A stretch of 64,000 nucleotides of DNA from a bacterium (GCA_028821265.1 JAPPGU010000073.1:3149-67148), one strand, 5' to 3'. Counted from the first letter of the stretch, positions 36,024 to 45,842 are shown. The notes: generated by a model from the sequence alone, not told the origin. Translations and numbers: made by a program.

Positions 36024-37559
36024 ATGCGACCGGCCACGGCCGGAGCGCCGCTCCTCGAGCTGGAGGGGATCACCAAGCGGTTCCCCGGTGTGGTGGCCAA
36101 CGACCGGGTCGACTTCGACGTGCGACCGGGTGAAGTCCATACGCTGCTCGGCGAGAACGGAGCGGGCAAGAGCACCCTGATGAAGATCCTCTACGGCCTG
36201 TATCAAGCCGACGAGGGCGAGATAAGGCTCCGAGGGGAGCCGGTGACGATCGAGTCGCCGTCGGATGCGATTGAGCAGGGCATCGGGATGATCCACCAGC
36301 ACTTCATGCTGGTACCCACCCTCACTGTGGCGGAGAACGTCGCCTTGGGGCTCCCGTCCGGGCGGCGCCTGATGCAGGATCTCAGTCCGGTCCAGCAACG
36401 CATCAGGGAGCTGTCCGAGATCTACGGGTTGGCGGTCGATCCCGACGCCTACATCTGGCAGCTGGCGGTGGGCGAGCGCCAGCGGGTGGAGATCATGAAG
36501 GCCATCTACCGGGATGTCTCGCTGCTGATCCTCGACGAGCCCACCTCGGTGCTCACCCCCGCCGAGGTCGAGGACCTGTTCGTGACGTTGCGACAGATGA
36601 CCGACGGCGGTCGCGGCCTGGTGTTCATCTCCCACAAGCTGCACGAGGTCATGAGCCTGTCCGACCGGATCACCGTGCTGCGCGGGGGCCGGGTGACAGG
36701 CCGGACGGTTCCCTCGGAGACCAGCCGGGAACAGCTGGCCCACATGATGGTGGGCCGCGAGGTGAGGCTGGCGCCTAACCGGAGCGAGTCCGATGTCGCG
36801 GATGCGCGTCTCGCGATCAGCGCCCTGGAGGTCCTAGGAGACCGCGGTACTCCGGCGGTGACCGGCTTCGACCTGGAAGTTCGCAGCGGCGAGGTGGTCG
36901 GAATCGCGGGGGTCTCCGGCAACGGGCAGCGCGAGTTGGCCGAAGCGCTAGCCGGTCTGCGTCCGGTCGCCTCCGGGACCGTCGTCATGAACGGAGTCGA
37001 TACCACCACCAAGACACCCAAGGAGATCCGCCGGCTCGGAGTCTCCTACATCCCCGAAGAGAGGATGCGGGACGGCGCCATCGGCGAGTTCAGCGTGGCC
37101 GAGAACCTCATCCTCACCAGCCACGATCTGCCGCCGACCAGCCGGCGAGGGTTCCTCAACTTCAAGGAGATCGAGACCGGATGCTCCGACCTGGTCCGGC
37201 GGTTCACGGTGAAGACACCTTCGCTGGAGACGCCCACCTCCAACCTGTCGGGAGGCAACATCCAGAAGCTGATCATCGCCCGGGAGCTATCCGGAGAACC
37301 CGAGGTCCTCATCGCCTCCCAACCCACCCGAGGGGTCGACATCGGGGCGGCCGAGTACATCCACACCGTCCTGATGGATCAGCGGGCCGGGGGGATCGCC
37401 ATCCTGCTGATCTCGGAGGATCTCGACGAGGTGATCGGCCTCTCGGACCGGATAGCCGTGATGTTCGAGGGCCGGATCATGGGCACTCTCGGTCAGGAGG
37501 AAGCAACCGTCCAGCGGCTTGGCCTGCTGATGGCGGGGGTGTCCGAGGGAGAGGAATGA
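36024..37559 (+). CDS. ABC transporter ATP-binding protein, duplicated ATPase (sugar/nucleoside type)
   Basis: ATG 36024. First cassette: [10 protein letters not shown]-loop, LILDEPTS. Second cassette: [26 protein letters not shown]. About 511 aa. Confidence 0.85.
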   Translation: MRPATAGAPLLELEGITKRFPGVVANDRVDFDVRPGEVHTLLGENGAGKSTLMKILYGLYQADEGEIRLRGEPVTIESPSDAIEQGIGMIHQHFMLVPTLTVAENVALGLPSGRRLMQDLSPVQQRIRELSEIYGLAVDPDAYIWQLAVGERQRVEIMKAIYRDVSLLILDEPTSVLTPAEVEDLFVTLRQMTDGGRGLVFISHKLHEVMSLSDRITVLRGGRVTGRTVPSETSREQLAHMMVGREVRLAPNRSESDVADARLAISALEVLGDRGTPAVTGFDLEVRSGEVVGIAGVSGNGQRELAEALAGLRPVASGTVVMNGVDTTTKTPKEIRRLGVSYIPEERMRDGAIGEFSVAENLILTSHDLPPTSRRGFLNFKEIETGCSDLVRRFTVKTPSLETPTSNLSGGNIQKLIIARELSGEPEVLIASQPTRGVDIGAAEYIHTVLMDQRAGGIAILLISEDLDEVIGLSDRIAVMFEGRIMGTLGQEEATVQRLGLLMAGVSEGEE

Positions 37560-37862
37560 GAGAGGTCGCCGGCGCGACGGACCAGCTACGGAGCGGTTCG
37601 GGACCCGCATAGCCCCGATTATTCATGGTGGGGGTCTTTCCGGGTGACGAGAATGGATCCTTCATACTCCTGGCCTGGGGTTACAACCATCTGATAGCCT
37701 CGTCTTCCGGTCGTGCGGAATCAACCGCTAGGTGAAGTGTGGCCGCTTGCGAATTATGTGGGTTGAAGTGGCCTGATCCGCGTTGGTGTGCTGGGAACAG
37801 GAATAATCAGGGCTAGCGGCCGGGTCAGCAGCGCTCTCCATCCTCCGATCGATCGCGACAAC

Positions 37863-39482
37863 TCATGTTGTTGTCGGGGGGTAGCCGTCGGCGACCAGGA
37901 CGCCGGGGTTGAGGATTCCCTTCGGGTCCAGGTGCGCCTTGGCGCGGGCCAGCACGTCGCCGAACAGCGGGGGCCTCTGGCGCTCGTACCACGGTTGGTG
38001 ATCGCGGCCGATGGCGTGGTGGTGGGTGATGGTCCCGCCGTGGTCTATCACCGCGTCGGAGACGGCGCGCTTGATCTCCCACCATTGCTCCAGCATCGAA
38101 CCCGGGTCTGCGGCGCAGTGGAACGCGAAGTAGGGGGCGGGACCGTCCGGATAGGCGTGGCTGAACCGGCACGACACGGCTCCCTCCCGGCCGGTCGCCT
38201 CGCGGATGGCGTCCTGGGATGCCATGCGGACGTTGTGGTAGAACGACTCGAAGCGGTCCCAGGTGATGGCCGACTCGAACGTATCAGAGATGATGCCTAG
38301 CGGGGTGAGGGCCTCCCGGTTGTAGGGCATTCTGATGAAGGCCTCACGCCAGGCGCCCGCCGCTCCGGTCAGGTGGGCGTTCGGGTCGCTCCGCCAATCG
38401 GCATCCGCCACGCCGCCCTGATCCAGGGCGCACTCTTCCGCCAGGTCCATCCATGCGTCGACGGGACGATCGGCCGACTCGAAGGAGATCACCATCAGCG
38501 TGAACGAACCGTCGCCGGCCCCGTTCACGGCCAGTTCCACCCCGTCCACGATCCTCACGTTGGCGGGGTAGAGGCCTGCCTGCGCGATCGCCCGCACCGC
38601 CTCGGAGGCCTGGACGAAGTCGGGGAATCGGAACCCGGCCGTCGCCTTGAACCGCACCCGCCCCTGGACTCGCACCCAGGCTTCGGTGATGATCCCTAGC
38701 GATCCCTCGGAGCCGATGGCCAGGCGGTCGGGGCTAGGACCGGCGCCCGATCCCGGCAGCCGCCGCGACTCCATGCGCCCGGCAGGCGTGACCATGGTGA
38801 CGTTCTCCACGAGGTCGTCGATGTGGGTGTACAGGGTTGCGAAGTGGCCACCCGAGCGGGTGGCGATCCAGCCTCCCAGGGTGGAGTGCTGGAAGGACTG
38901 GGGGAAGTGGCGGAGGGTCACCCCGTGCGGTTTGAGGGCGGCCTCGAGTTCGGGTCCGCGGGCCCCGCCCTGGATGCGCGCCGCCCGTGACAGCGTGTCC
39001 ACCGCGAGCACCCGGTTCATCCGGCTTATGTCCAGGGTGACCACACCAGCGAAACCGCCGGCCACGTCCGGAGTCACCCCACCCACGACCGACGAGCCAC
39101 CTCCGAACGGGATGAGAGCAGCCCCCTCCTCGCCCGTCCAGTCCAGCAGCGCCGCCACGTCGGCCTCGCTCCGCGGGTATGCAATGACGTCCGGGGCATG
39201 GGCGAAGTCCCGGGCGAAGATCCTGATCGAGTCGGGCTGGGACTGTCCGAAGCTGTGCAGGATGCGCTCGTACGGTTCCTGCGTGCATAGGGGAGCGAGG
39301 CTTGCCGGAGGGGCCAGGCGTGGTGGCGAGAGTGGTATGTCGTCCAGCCGCGGTATCGCTCCCGTTCCGGATCCGACTATCCCGTACCTGGCGGCGAGGG
39401 TATCGAGCAGTGCGTCCCGATCGGACGCCGCAAGGCCGTCCCCCTCGTATCCCCAACCCCAATACTTGAGCCGCTTCGTCAT
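37863..39482 (-). CDS. FAD-linked oxidase (PCMH-type; alkyl-DHAP-synthase-like)
   Basis: N-terminus MTKRLKYWGWGY, FAD-binding region LIPFGGGSSVVGG, and a long C-terminal cap domain. An alternative GTG start lies at 39512. Confidence 0.7.
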   Translation of the reverse strand: MTKRLKYWGWGYEGDGLAASDRDALLDTLAARYGIVGSGTGAIPRLDDIPLSPPRLAPPASLAPLCTQEPYERILHSFGQSQPDSIRIFARDFAHAPDVIAYPRSEADVAALLDWTGEEGAALIPFGGGSSVVGGVTPDVAGGFAGVVTLDISRMNRVLAVDTLSRAARIQGGARGPELEAALKPHGVTLRHFPQSFQHSTLGGWIATRSGGHFATLYTHIDDLVENVTMVTPAGRMESRRLPGSGAGPSPDRLAIGSEGSLGIITEAWVRVQGRVRFKATAGFRFPDFVQASEAVRAIAQAGLYPANVRIVDGVELAVNGAGDGSFTLMVISFESADRPVDAWMDLAEECALDQGGVADADWRSDPNAHLTGAAGAWREAFIRMPYNREALTPLGIISDTFESAITWDRFESFYHNVRMASQDAIREATGREGAVSCRFSHAYPDGPAPYFAFHCAADPGSMLEQWWEIKRAVSDAVIDHGGTITHHHAIGRDHQPWYERQRPPLFGDVLARAKAHLDPKGILNPGVLVADGYPPTTT

Positions 39483-39659
39483 CCGGACCGCCGATTCCTC
39501 TCCACCGTGCACGATGAAGACGTCACCCTAACCACCCCGCTAAGCAGGTCCCACTATCCGGGTGCGTGGCGGGCGGTGCCGTGAATGTGTCCCACGGTCT
39601 CGGTATGGTCAATTCCAGTGGTCTCCACCTCGGGTTACAGACGTGGAGGAGGAGGGGAG

Positions 39660-40223
39660 TTGAAGGATCAGACGGTGACGGTGGTCCAGGGGGACATCAC
39701 GGCAGCATCTGTCGATGTGATCGTCAATGCAGCCAACGAGTATCTCCGCCATGGTGGCGGGCTGGCCGCCGCTCTGGCCGTGGCAGGCGGCGAGGAGTTC
39801 CTGGCTGATTCCGACCGATGGGTGTCCGAGCACGGCCCGGTCCGGTCCGGCGAGGCGGCTGTCACCGTCGGTGGCCGGTTGCGGGCAGGATGGGTCGTCC
39901 ACGTCGTCGGACCCCGCTACCGGAAGGGGCAGGACAACCCAGCCATGCTGCGGGAGGCCGTTCGGGCCGCCCTGGACGCCTCGGCCGGGGTGGAGGCCGG
40001 AACCGTGGCCATGCCGGCCATCTCCTCGGGCGTGTTCGGCTATCCGCTGGAGCCCGCCACCGAGGTCATCGCCGCCGAATGTGTCCGGTGGGTGCGAGAG
40101 AATCCCGGTGTCCTGAGCGAGATACGGTTGGTCGGCTATGACCGCCGGACAGCGGATGCCTTCCGGCGCGGGTTGGACGAAGCAACTGCCGAGCTATCGC
40201 CAAGAGGGGAAGGCACACGATGA
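39660..40223 (+). CDS. Macro domain (ADP-ribose / O-acetyl-ADP-ribose binding or hydrolysing) protein
   Basis: VVQGDITAASVDVIVNAANEYLRHGGGLAAAL and MPAISSGVFGYP motifs. I chose TTG 39660, which follows GGAGGAGG; the track ORF starts at 39585. Confidence 0.8.
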   Translation: MKDQTVTVVQGDITAASVDVIVNAANEYLRHGGGLAAALAVAGGEEFLADSDRWVSEHGPVRSGEAAVTVGGRLRAGWVVHVVGPRYRKGQDNPAMLREAVRAALDASAGVEAGTVAMPAISSGVFGYPLEPATEVIAAECVRWVRENPGVLSEIRLVGYDRRTADAFRRGLDEATAELSPRGEGTR

Positions 40224-40591
40224 CGGTCCGCCAGCTGACCGAGCTCATTTCCCGCGCGCCCTGGAGGGAAGCGGTCACCTACCGGGACACGTGGCCCCAC
40301 GAGTACGTGCTGTCCGAGAAGGACGGGCAGCAGGAACTGCTGGAGTCGGTCTGTGAGCGGTTCCGCGCGGGGGAGGGCGTTGCCGGCCGCTTCTTCCGCA
40401 TGAAGAACAGTTATCTGTTCATCGGCGACCACAAGTACTGGCTCATGACCCACTGGGACAGGATCGAGCCGGGAGTCAACTACGTGCTGAACCGTGCTCC
40501 CCTCTACCGCGACCGCCGGGACTTCGTGATCCAGCCCGGAGACACGGGAAAGCCCGGGGACTACCCGTCCGATCCCGCGTTTCGCGGCTGA
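40220..40591 (+). CDS. Hypothetical 123-aa protein translationally coupled to the macro-domain gene
   Basis: The ATG overlaps the macro stop (ATGA). GC3-rich. Motifs: TWPHEYVL, NSYLFIGDHKYWLM, NRAPLYRD. I recognise no family. Confidence 0.55.
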   Translation: MTVRQLTELISRAPWREAVTYRDTWPHEYVLSEKDGQQELLESVCERFRAGEGVAGRFFRMKNSYLFIGDHKYWLMTHWDRIEPGVNYVLNRAPLYRDRRDFVIQPGDTGKPGDYPSDPAFRG

Positions 40592-40623
40592 AGCCCTCCC
40601 ATCCGGAGGGTCACGAGGTTCGG

Positions 40624-41001
40624 CTAGTAGGCGCGGACGTCGGCGATCTTGCCTTCCCGGAAGGTGTAGATGTACACCTCGTCAGCATCCAGTGGTTCTC
40701 CGACCGACCTTCCGGCAAACGGCCGCTTGGCCGTACCGCGGGCGATCACCTCCAGGGCGATGACATCGCCGTCTCCGTAGATGCCGACGATTTCGTTGCA
40801 GAAACCGTCTAAGGCGTCGAAGGCGTCCTCGATCCACTTGCCGACGGCTCGGTTCCCTTTCAGACGGCGCCCGAAACGGATGATGTTCACGTCGACATCA
40901 TCCGTGTAATAGGAGGCGAACCGGTCGATGTCGCCGGCGTTGAGCGCCCCGACCATGTCCGCCACGACCGCCCGGTTGCCTGTCTCCTCCCGGTCGCTCA
41001 C
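40624..41001 (-). CDS. SnoaL/NTF2-like fold protein
   Basis: About 125 aa from GTG 41001, which overlaps the upstream stop (GTGA). The pattern (VADMVGALNAGDIDRFASYYTDDV ... DGDVIALEV ... VYIYTFREGKI) is typical of NTF2-like/ketosteroid-isomerase-like proteins. Confidence 0.5.
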   Translation of the reverse strand: MSDREETGNRAVVADMVGALNAGDIDRFASYYTDDVDVNIIRFGRRLKGNRAVGKWIEDAFDALDGFCNEIVGIYGDGDVIALEVIARGTAKRPFAGRSVGEPLDADEVYIYTFREGKIADVRAY

Positions 41002-41795
41002 CCGACCGGCTCCATGTCGAACGCCTCGAGATGGTGGGCCGGGAGTAGCTGGGTGCCCGCCTCGTCGCGTATTCGCACCACGCTGTTGTAGGCGGCGAAC
41101 AGGTCGGTATGGCCCCCAGGGGGGATCACCTCGTATTTGGCGGTCTTCAGGATCTCCGGATCGGGGAAGTAGTTCTCCCATATCGTGCAGAGTCCGGCGA
41201 TCACGTAGCGCCCTCGCGGGGTCTCCACCGCGATCGATTGGCCGCCCGGCGTGTGGCCGGGGGTGAAAAGTACGTCGAGTCCCGGAACCAGTTGCTGGTC
41301 GCCTTCGGTTAGTTCGAGTCCCCCTACGGCCATCTCCTCGTAGCGATAGTCGGGGGCGAAACCCGAGGCGATGAAGGGATGCGGCGGGAGTGCGTCCCAC
41401 TCCTTGCGCTGGACGATGACCTTTGTGTCGGGGAACAGGGGCAGGTTCATGCAATGGTCCCAGTCGAGGTGGGTGAGGACGATGAAGTCGATGTCATCGG
41501 TGCCGAGTCCGTGGTCGGCCAGCAGATCGTCCAGAGAACGGATGTTGATCACGTCAGCGAATTCCTCGCCGGCATGCCGGAGCTTGGACTCCCCCGGGGG
41601 CTTTATGTGGTTTGCGTACTCCTCGGCGCTACAGCCCACGTCGACCAGGACGTTGAGGCCCCGCTCCGCATCCTGGATCAGCCAGGAAACGTAGGGGAGA
41701 TCGATCTTCTCCCCGAAGTTATGGAGGAAGGTGAAACGGGACTTCTCACGCTGCGGCCCGTAGGCCATTACCAGGGGGGTGATCGTGAACGACAT
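40998..41795 (-). CDS. MBL-fold hydrolase (lactonase-like) with a variant metal motif
   Basis: 265 aa from ATG 41795. THLDWDH sits where HxHxDH is expected. Downstream TPGHTPGG. The long upstream extension of the track ORF is rejected. Confidence 0.7.
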   Translation of the reverse strand: MSFTITPLVMAYGPQREKSRFTFLHNFGEKIDLPYVSWLIQDAERGLNVLVDVGCSAEEYANHIKPPGESKLRHAGEEFADVINIRSLDDLLADHGLGTDDIDFIVLTHLDWDHCMNLPLFPDTKVIVQRKEWDALPPHPFIASGFAPDYRYEEMAVGGLELTEGDQQLVPGLDVLFTPGHTPGGQSIAVETPRGRYVIAGLCTIWENYFPDPEILKTAKYEVIPPGGHTDLFAAYNSVVRIRDEAGTQLLPAHHLEAFDMEPVG

Positions 41796-41797
41796 GT

Positions 41798-43357
41798 CTA
41801 ACTCACCTCCAGTGGGGGGACTCGGGCGTTGTACGTGTAGGCGGGGGTCAGCGGTTTCAGAGCCCACTCCCGGTAGAAGTCCAGAACGTAGGGCTCCACG
41901 TCGGCGGCGAGTCGGGCCTCCCGCCGGCCCTGCTCGGTCGACACCCATACCCTCTCCCGCCCGGCCTCGGCGAAGTCGGCCAGGATACGGTCCTCGTCCA
42001 CCGTCGTGAACTGTCCTTCGTCGAGAACGATCCGGCCGGCGATCATCACCGTCTCCACGTCGGAACCCGATGCCCTGTCCAGAAGTACATCCAGGATCGG
42101 TACGGACCCGTACTTGGGCTGGGGCCACACGAGGCGTTCCTTGGTGACCACCAGGAGGTCTGCTTCCTTGCCCTCGGCAAGCGACCCCAGTGCCGCCTCC
42201 TGGCGGATGGCCCTGGCGCCGCTCGAAGCCGCCCGGCGCAGTACCTCCAGCGAGTCCATGCGCCCGATTTCCAACTCCCCGGGGATCCGTTGCAGGTACA
42301 GGGCGAGACGGAGTTCCTGGAAGAAGTCCTCGATGTCCGAGAAGGAGATCGAGTCGGTCCCGAAGGCCAGTGCGGCGCCCGAATCGAGGATGTCACGGGC
42401 TCGGGCTATCCCGGTGCTGAGCCGCAGGTTCGATCCGGGATTGTTCACCGCGACGGCGCCGGTGTCGGCCAGGATCCGGATGTCCTCATCCGTTGCCCAG
42501 ACGAAGTGAGCGCAACTCACGTCGGGCCCCAGAACCCCGATGTCGGCGAGCCTGCGCATGGCGGTCTTGCCGTAGGTCTCGAGGTTGAACAGCATCTCCG
42601 ACCGGGTCTCGAGGGCGTGGGTCGTGATACCCGTGTCGTACTCATCCGCAAGTCGCCGGTTCAGAAGGTACAGATCGTCGGAGCACGCAGGTGTCCAGTC
42701 GGGCGCGAGGATCACCCGGAGCCGACCGTCGTGACCGTCCCACTCGGCGTGGACCCGGCGGTAGGCGGCCACCACGTCGTCGGTGGGCCAGGCGTAGCCC
42801 ATGGTCGAATCCCGCACCTGGCGGGCCAGCTCGTCCGGAAGGGAGGCGAGGAAGGCCTCGTCGGGGGCATGAACGTAGATGTTCTCGTCCCGGGTGACCA
42901 TGCCGAGGGCGACCCGCATCCCGATGGTGCGGTAGGCGTCCAGGATGGGGGGATTGCCGAAGTCGTGCAGGGAAGGGTTGCCGTAGTTGAAGTCCACCGC
43001 GCCCGTCTGCCCACCTCTGATGGCCCGCATCAGCGCTACCAGGATGATCGTACGGATGTCGTCGTCGCTCATGGCGCGGCGGAAGATGCGGGTGTTCATC
43101 CGCTCGAAGACGTACTGGAACAGGCCGGGCGAACCGGCACCCATCGAATGGAAGTGGCCGTTGATGAAACCCGGCATGACGACATGTCCCGGGGAGCCGA
43201 CCACCCGGTCGAACGGACCTCTGCCCTCCAGCTCCGCCCGCTGTCCCACGGCGGTGACGTGGCGGCCCTCGACGATCAGGGCGCCATCGGCGATGACGTC
43301 CCGGTCGCCTCCGGCCAGTGCGACGACCGGATCCCCGGTGATGAGCAGGCGGCTCAT
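41798..43357 (-). CDS. Amidohydrolase (chlorohydrolase / aminohydrolase / deaminase-like, AtzA-TrzA-SsnA type)
   Basis: 519 aa from ATG 43357. N-terminal beta-sandwich DGALIVEGRHVTAVG, metal motif PGFINGHFHS, and later HALE and FGTDS motifs. Confidence 0.75.
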   Translation of the reverse strand: MSRLLITGDPVVALAGGDRDVIADGALIVEGRHVTAVGQRAELEGRGPFDRVVGSPGHVVMPGFINGHFHSMGAGSPGLFQYVFERMNTRIFRRAMSDDDIRTIILVALMRAIRGGQTGAVDFNYGNPSLHDFGNPPILDAYRTIGMRVALGMVTRDENIYVHAPDEAFLASLPDELARQVRDSTMGYAWPTDDVVAAYRRVHAEWDGHDGRLRVILAPDWTPACSDDLYLLNRRLADEYDTGITTHALETRSEMLFNLETYGKTAMRRLADIGVLGPDVSCAHFVWATDEDIRILADTGAVAVNNPGSNLRLSTGIARARDILDSGAALAFGTDSISFSDIEDFFQELRLALYLQRIPGELEIGRMDSLEVLRRAASSGARAIRQEAALGSLAEGKEADLLVVTKERLVWPQPKYGSVPILDVLLDRASGSDVETVMIAGRIVLDEGQFTTVDEDRILADFAEAGRERVWVSTEQGRREARLAADVEPYVLDFYREWALKPLTPAYTYNARVPPLEVS

Positions 43358-43361
43358 CGAG

Positions 43362-44009
43362 TCATCCGAGCGGCCACTGTTCTCGGTTGTAGGCCATATC
43401 CCAGAAGCTGTACTCGTAGTTGGTGCTGATGATGAAGTTGTCCAGCATCTGCTGGCGTCGCTCGTCCGACAGCCCCTCGGAGTACTTGTCCACGAACTCC
43501 AGGTAATGCGCCACCAACTCGTTGTGTTCCTCGCTGCTGTAGAACTCCCACCACTCCGCGGACGCTCCCCGCAGCGTGGCGCCACGGAGTTGGATGCCGA
43601 TCTCGTCGTAGGTCCATGGACATGGCAGGAACGAGCCCAGGTACTCGACCGGATCCTTGGTCCACACCAGGTTGAGGATGTGTTGGGTGTATGCATGGCA
43701 GGTCGGCGCGACCCGGGCGCCGGGCTGGCCGCCTACCCGGCGCAACATGTCCTCCTGGTGGTGCATCTCGTCGACCACCATCGCGGTCCGGCTGAGGAAG
43801 AAGTCGCGGATCTCGTTGTTGTGGGCCTTGGCGGTGGCGATCGAGCGGCACTTCACCACGTTGTTGATGTAGTGGGTGTTCTGCTCGAAGTAGAACGCCA
43901 GTCGCTCGTCGGAGAGGGTTCCGGCCGCCAGGTCCTTCAGGAAGGGATGCTCGTAGATCCTCTCCCACATGTCCTTGGTCTGCTCGTACATGTAGCGGGT
44001 CCAACTCAT
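43362..44009 (-). CDS. TenA/thiaminase-II family protein (aminopyrimidine aminohydrolase-like)
   Basis: 215 aa. HPFLKDLAAGTL, the catalytic-Cys context FLPCPWTYDEIG, and the C-terminal NFIISTNYEYSFWDMAY closely follow the TenA pattern. Confidence 0.8.
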   Translation of the reverse strand: MSWTRYMYEQTKDMWERIYEHPFLKDLAAGTLSDERLAFYFEQNTHYINNVVKCRSIATAKAHNNEIRDFFLSRTAMVVDEMHHQEDMLRRVGGQPGARVAPTCHAYTQHILNLVWTKDPVEYLGSFLPCPWTYDEIGIQLRGATLRGASAEWWEFYSSEEHNELVAHYLEFVDKYSEGLSDERRQQMLDNFIISTNYEYSFWDMAYNREQWPLG

Positions 44010-44049
44010 GGATGCTCCTTCGTTGTTGTTCCGGGCATGGTTGTGAGGA

Positions 44050-45015
44050 TCACCCCCTACCGTTCTCGGACGGGATCCGGTACACGCGCTCGGCGTTGCC
44101 TCCGAGGACGAGGTCGATCTCCTGGCGGCTGAGGCGGAACCCGAGTTGTTTCGCCCACTCCGGCAGCATCCGGATCACGTCCACCCATTCCTTCAGCGTC
44201 ATCGAGACCTCGACGTTGGTCATGTCGCTGCCGAACAGGAGCCGGTCAATGCCGATCCGGTCCCTGATCCAGACGAAAGTCCTCACCAGGTCGTCGACGC
44301 TTGCCCAGTGCTGCCAGAGGCTGATCTCGAGATGGACGTTGGTCTTGTAGATCGCCACGCTCATGGCTTCCTTCGCCCAGGTCTCGAAACGGGCTCCGTG
44401 GCCGAGCACGAACCTGACCTCCGGGAAGTCCGCCGCCGCCGAGTCCACGTACATGGGGTGGCCGTACTTGCTCTTGAGGCGCCCTCCTGAGTGGCCCTGG
44501 TGCAGGAGCACCGGGACGTCGTAGGTGCGGCACACCTCGTAGAGTGGATGGACGATCTCGTCGTCGGGGTAGAAGCCGGCGGTGGGGTACAGCTTGAGGC
44601 CCAGGAAGCCCCAGTCGACGATCGCCTTCTCCAGGAACTTGGCGGCACCGGGCCGGCGGGGGTCGACCCCGCAGAAGGAGTAGATGCGCCCGGGCCACAT
44701 CCGGGTGAGCTCGTAGTAGCCCTCGTTCTTCTCCTCGAAGGGCACCACGCCCCTGTCTCCGGTGAGTAGTCCCCGGTCCATCGGCATGGTCACCGATACG
44801 TCCACGCCCGCCTCGTCCATCCTGGCGATGGTCCGGGCGCCGTCGGGGTCCCAGCAGGCGTCCACCGAGTCCCGGTAACGGGCCTCGGCGGCCTCGGGGT
44901 CCATGTCGAACCACCGGACCTGGTTCACCCAGGAACTCGGCATGGCCTTCTGGGACTCCGGGCTCCAGGAGGGTTCCCGGAAGACATGTATGTGAGCGTC
45001 GACGACCCGGCTCAT
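44050..45015 (-). CDS. Amidohydrolase_2 (TIM-barrel metal-dependent hydrolase) family protein
   Basis: 321 aa. VVDAHIHVF motif, HQGH, FGSDM. Confidence 0.75.
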   Translation of the reverse strand: MSRVVDAHIHVFREPSWSPESQKAMPSSWVNQVRWFDMDPEAAEARYRDSVDACWDPDGARTIARMDEAGVDVSVTMPMDRGLLTGDRGVVPFEEKNEGYYELTRMWPGRIYSFCGVDPRRPGAAKFLEKAIVDWGFLGLKLYPTAGFYPDDEIVHPLYEVCRTYDVPVLLHQGHSGGRLKSKYGHPMYVDSAAADFPEVRFVLGHGARFETWAKEAMSVAIYKTNVHLEISLWQHWASVDDLVRTFVWIRDRIGIDRLLFGSDMTNVEVSMTLKEWVDVIRMLPEWAKQLGFRLSRQEIDLVLGGNAERVYRIPSENGRG

Positions 45016-45842
45016 CGGGTTCCTCCCCGCTGCCTCCTCCGGCGATAGCCGTCCATGGACGGGATGGCGTCCAGCAGCCTCCTCGTGTAGCCGTCTCGGG
45101 GATCCTCGAACACCTGCTCGGTGGGGCCCTCCTCCACGATCCGGCCGTCGAACATGACCATGACCCGCTTGCTGAGCTGCCGCACCACTCCCAGATCATG
45201 GCTGATGAGCACGTACGACATGTCCATCTCCTGCTGCAGGTCGATGAGCAGCTGCATCACCTGGCCGCGTACCGACACGTCGAGCGAGGAGGTGGGCTCG
45301 TCGAGGAAGACCAGCTTCGGGTGGGTGGCTATGGCCCGGCCGATTCCGACCCGCTGGCGCTGCCCTCCGCTGAGTTGACCGGGGTAGCGGTCGAGGTGGA
45401 AGCCCCGGAGACCCACCATGGTCATGATGTCGTTGGCCCTTTGCTCCTGGTCCCCGTCCGACATGTTTAGGTGGAGCTTCAAGGGTTCGGTAACGATGTC
45501 GCGCACCGTCATGCGGGGATTGAGTGACGAGTTGGGATCCTGGAAGACCATCTGCATGTTCCTGTACAGGCGGCGCACTTTGGCCCTCGGGGTCTGGTCC
45601 ACCCGGATGCCATCGAAGTCGACCTCACCTGAGGTCGGGTCGACCAGCCGGAGGATGCTGCGGGCCGTGGTCGTCTTACCGGAGCCGCTCTCACCGACCA
45701 GACCGACACTCTCGCCTCTGCCGACCCGGAGGTCGATGTTGTCGACCGCGACGATGGTCTGGCGGCGGGGCCAGAAACCGCGGTGGAAGTGCTTCGTGAG
45801 GCCTCGTACGGTGAGAAGGCTGTCGCCGTCGCCGGATGTCAC
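45012..45842 (-). CDS. Peptide-type ABC transporter ATP-binding protein (DppF/OppF-like)
   Basis: GTG 45842 overlaps the upstream stop (GTGA). GESGSGKTT, LSGGQRQR, LVFLDEPTSSLD. Confidence 0.85.
   Translation of the reverse strand: MTSGDGDSLLTVRGLTKHFHRGFWPRRQTIVAVDNIDLRVGRGESVGLVGESGSGKTTTARSILRLVDPTSGEVDFDGIRVDQTPRAKVRRLYRNMQMVFQDPNSSLNPRMTVRDIVTEPLKLHLNMSDGDQEQRANDIMTMVGLRGFHLDRYPGQLSGGQRQRVGIGRAIATHPKLVFLDEPTSSLDVSVRGQVMQLLIDLQQEMDMSYVLISHDLGVVRQLSKRVMVMFDGRIVEEGPTEQVFEDPRDGYTRRLLDAIPSMDGYRRRRQRGGTR

Noticed and set aside
39585-39659. The longer macro-domain ORF starting at 39585.
   Set aside because: The extension has no SD. TTG 39660 directly follows GGAGGAGG, and the conserved macro fold begins a few residues later.
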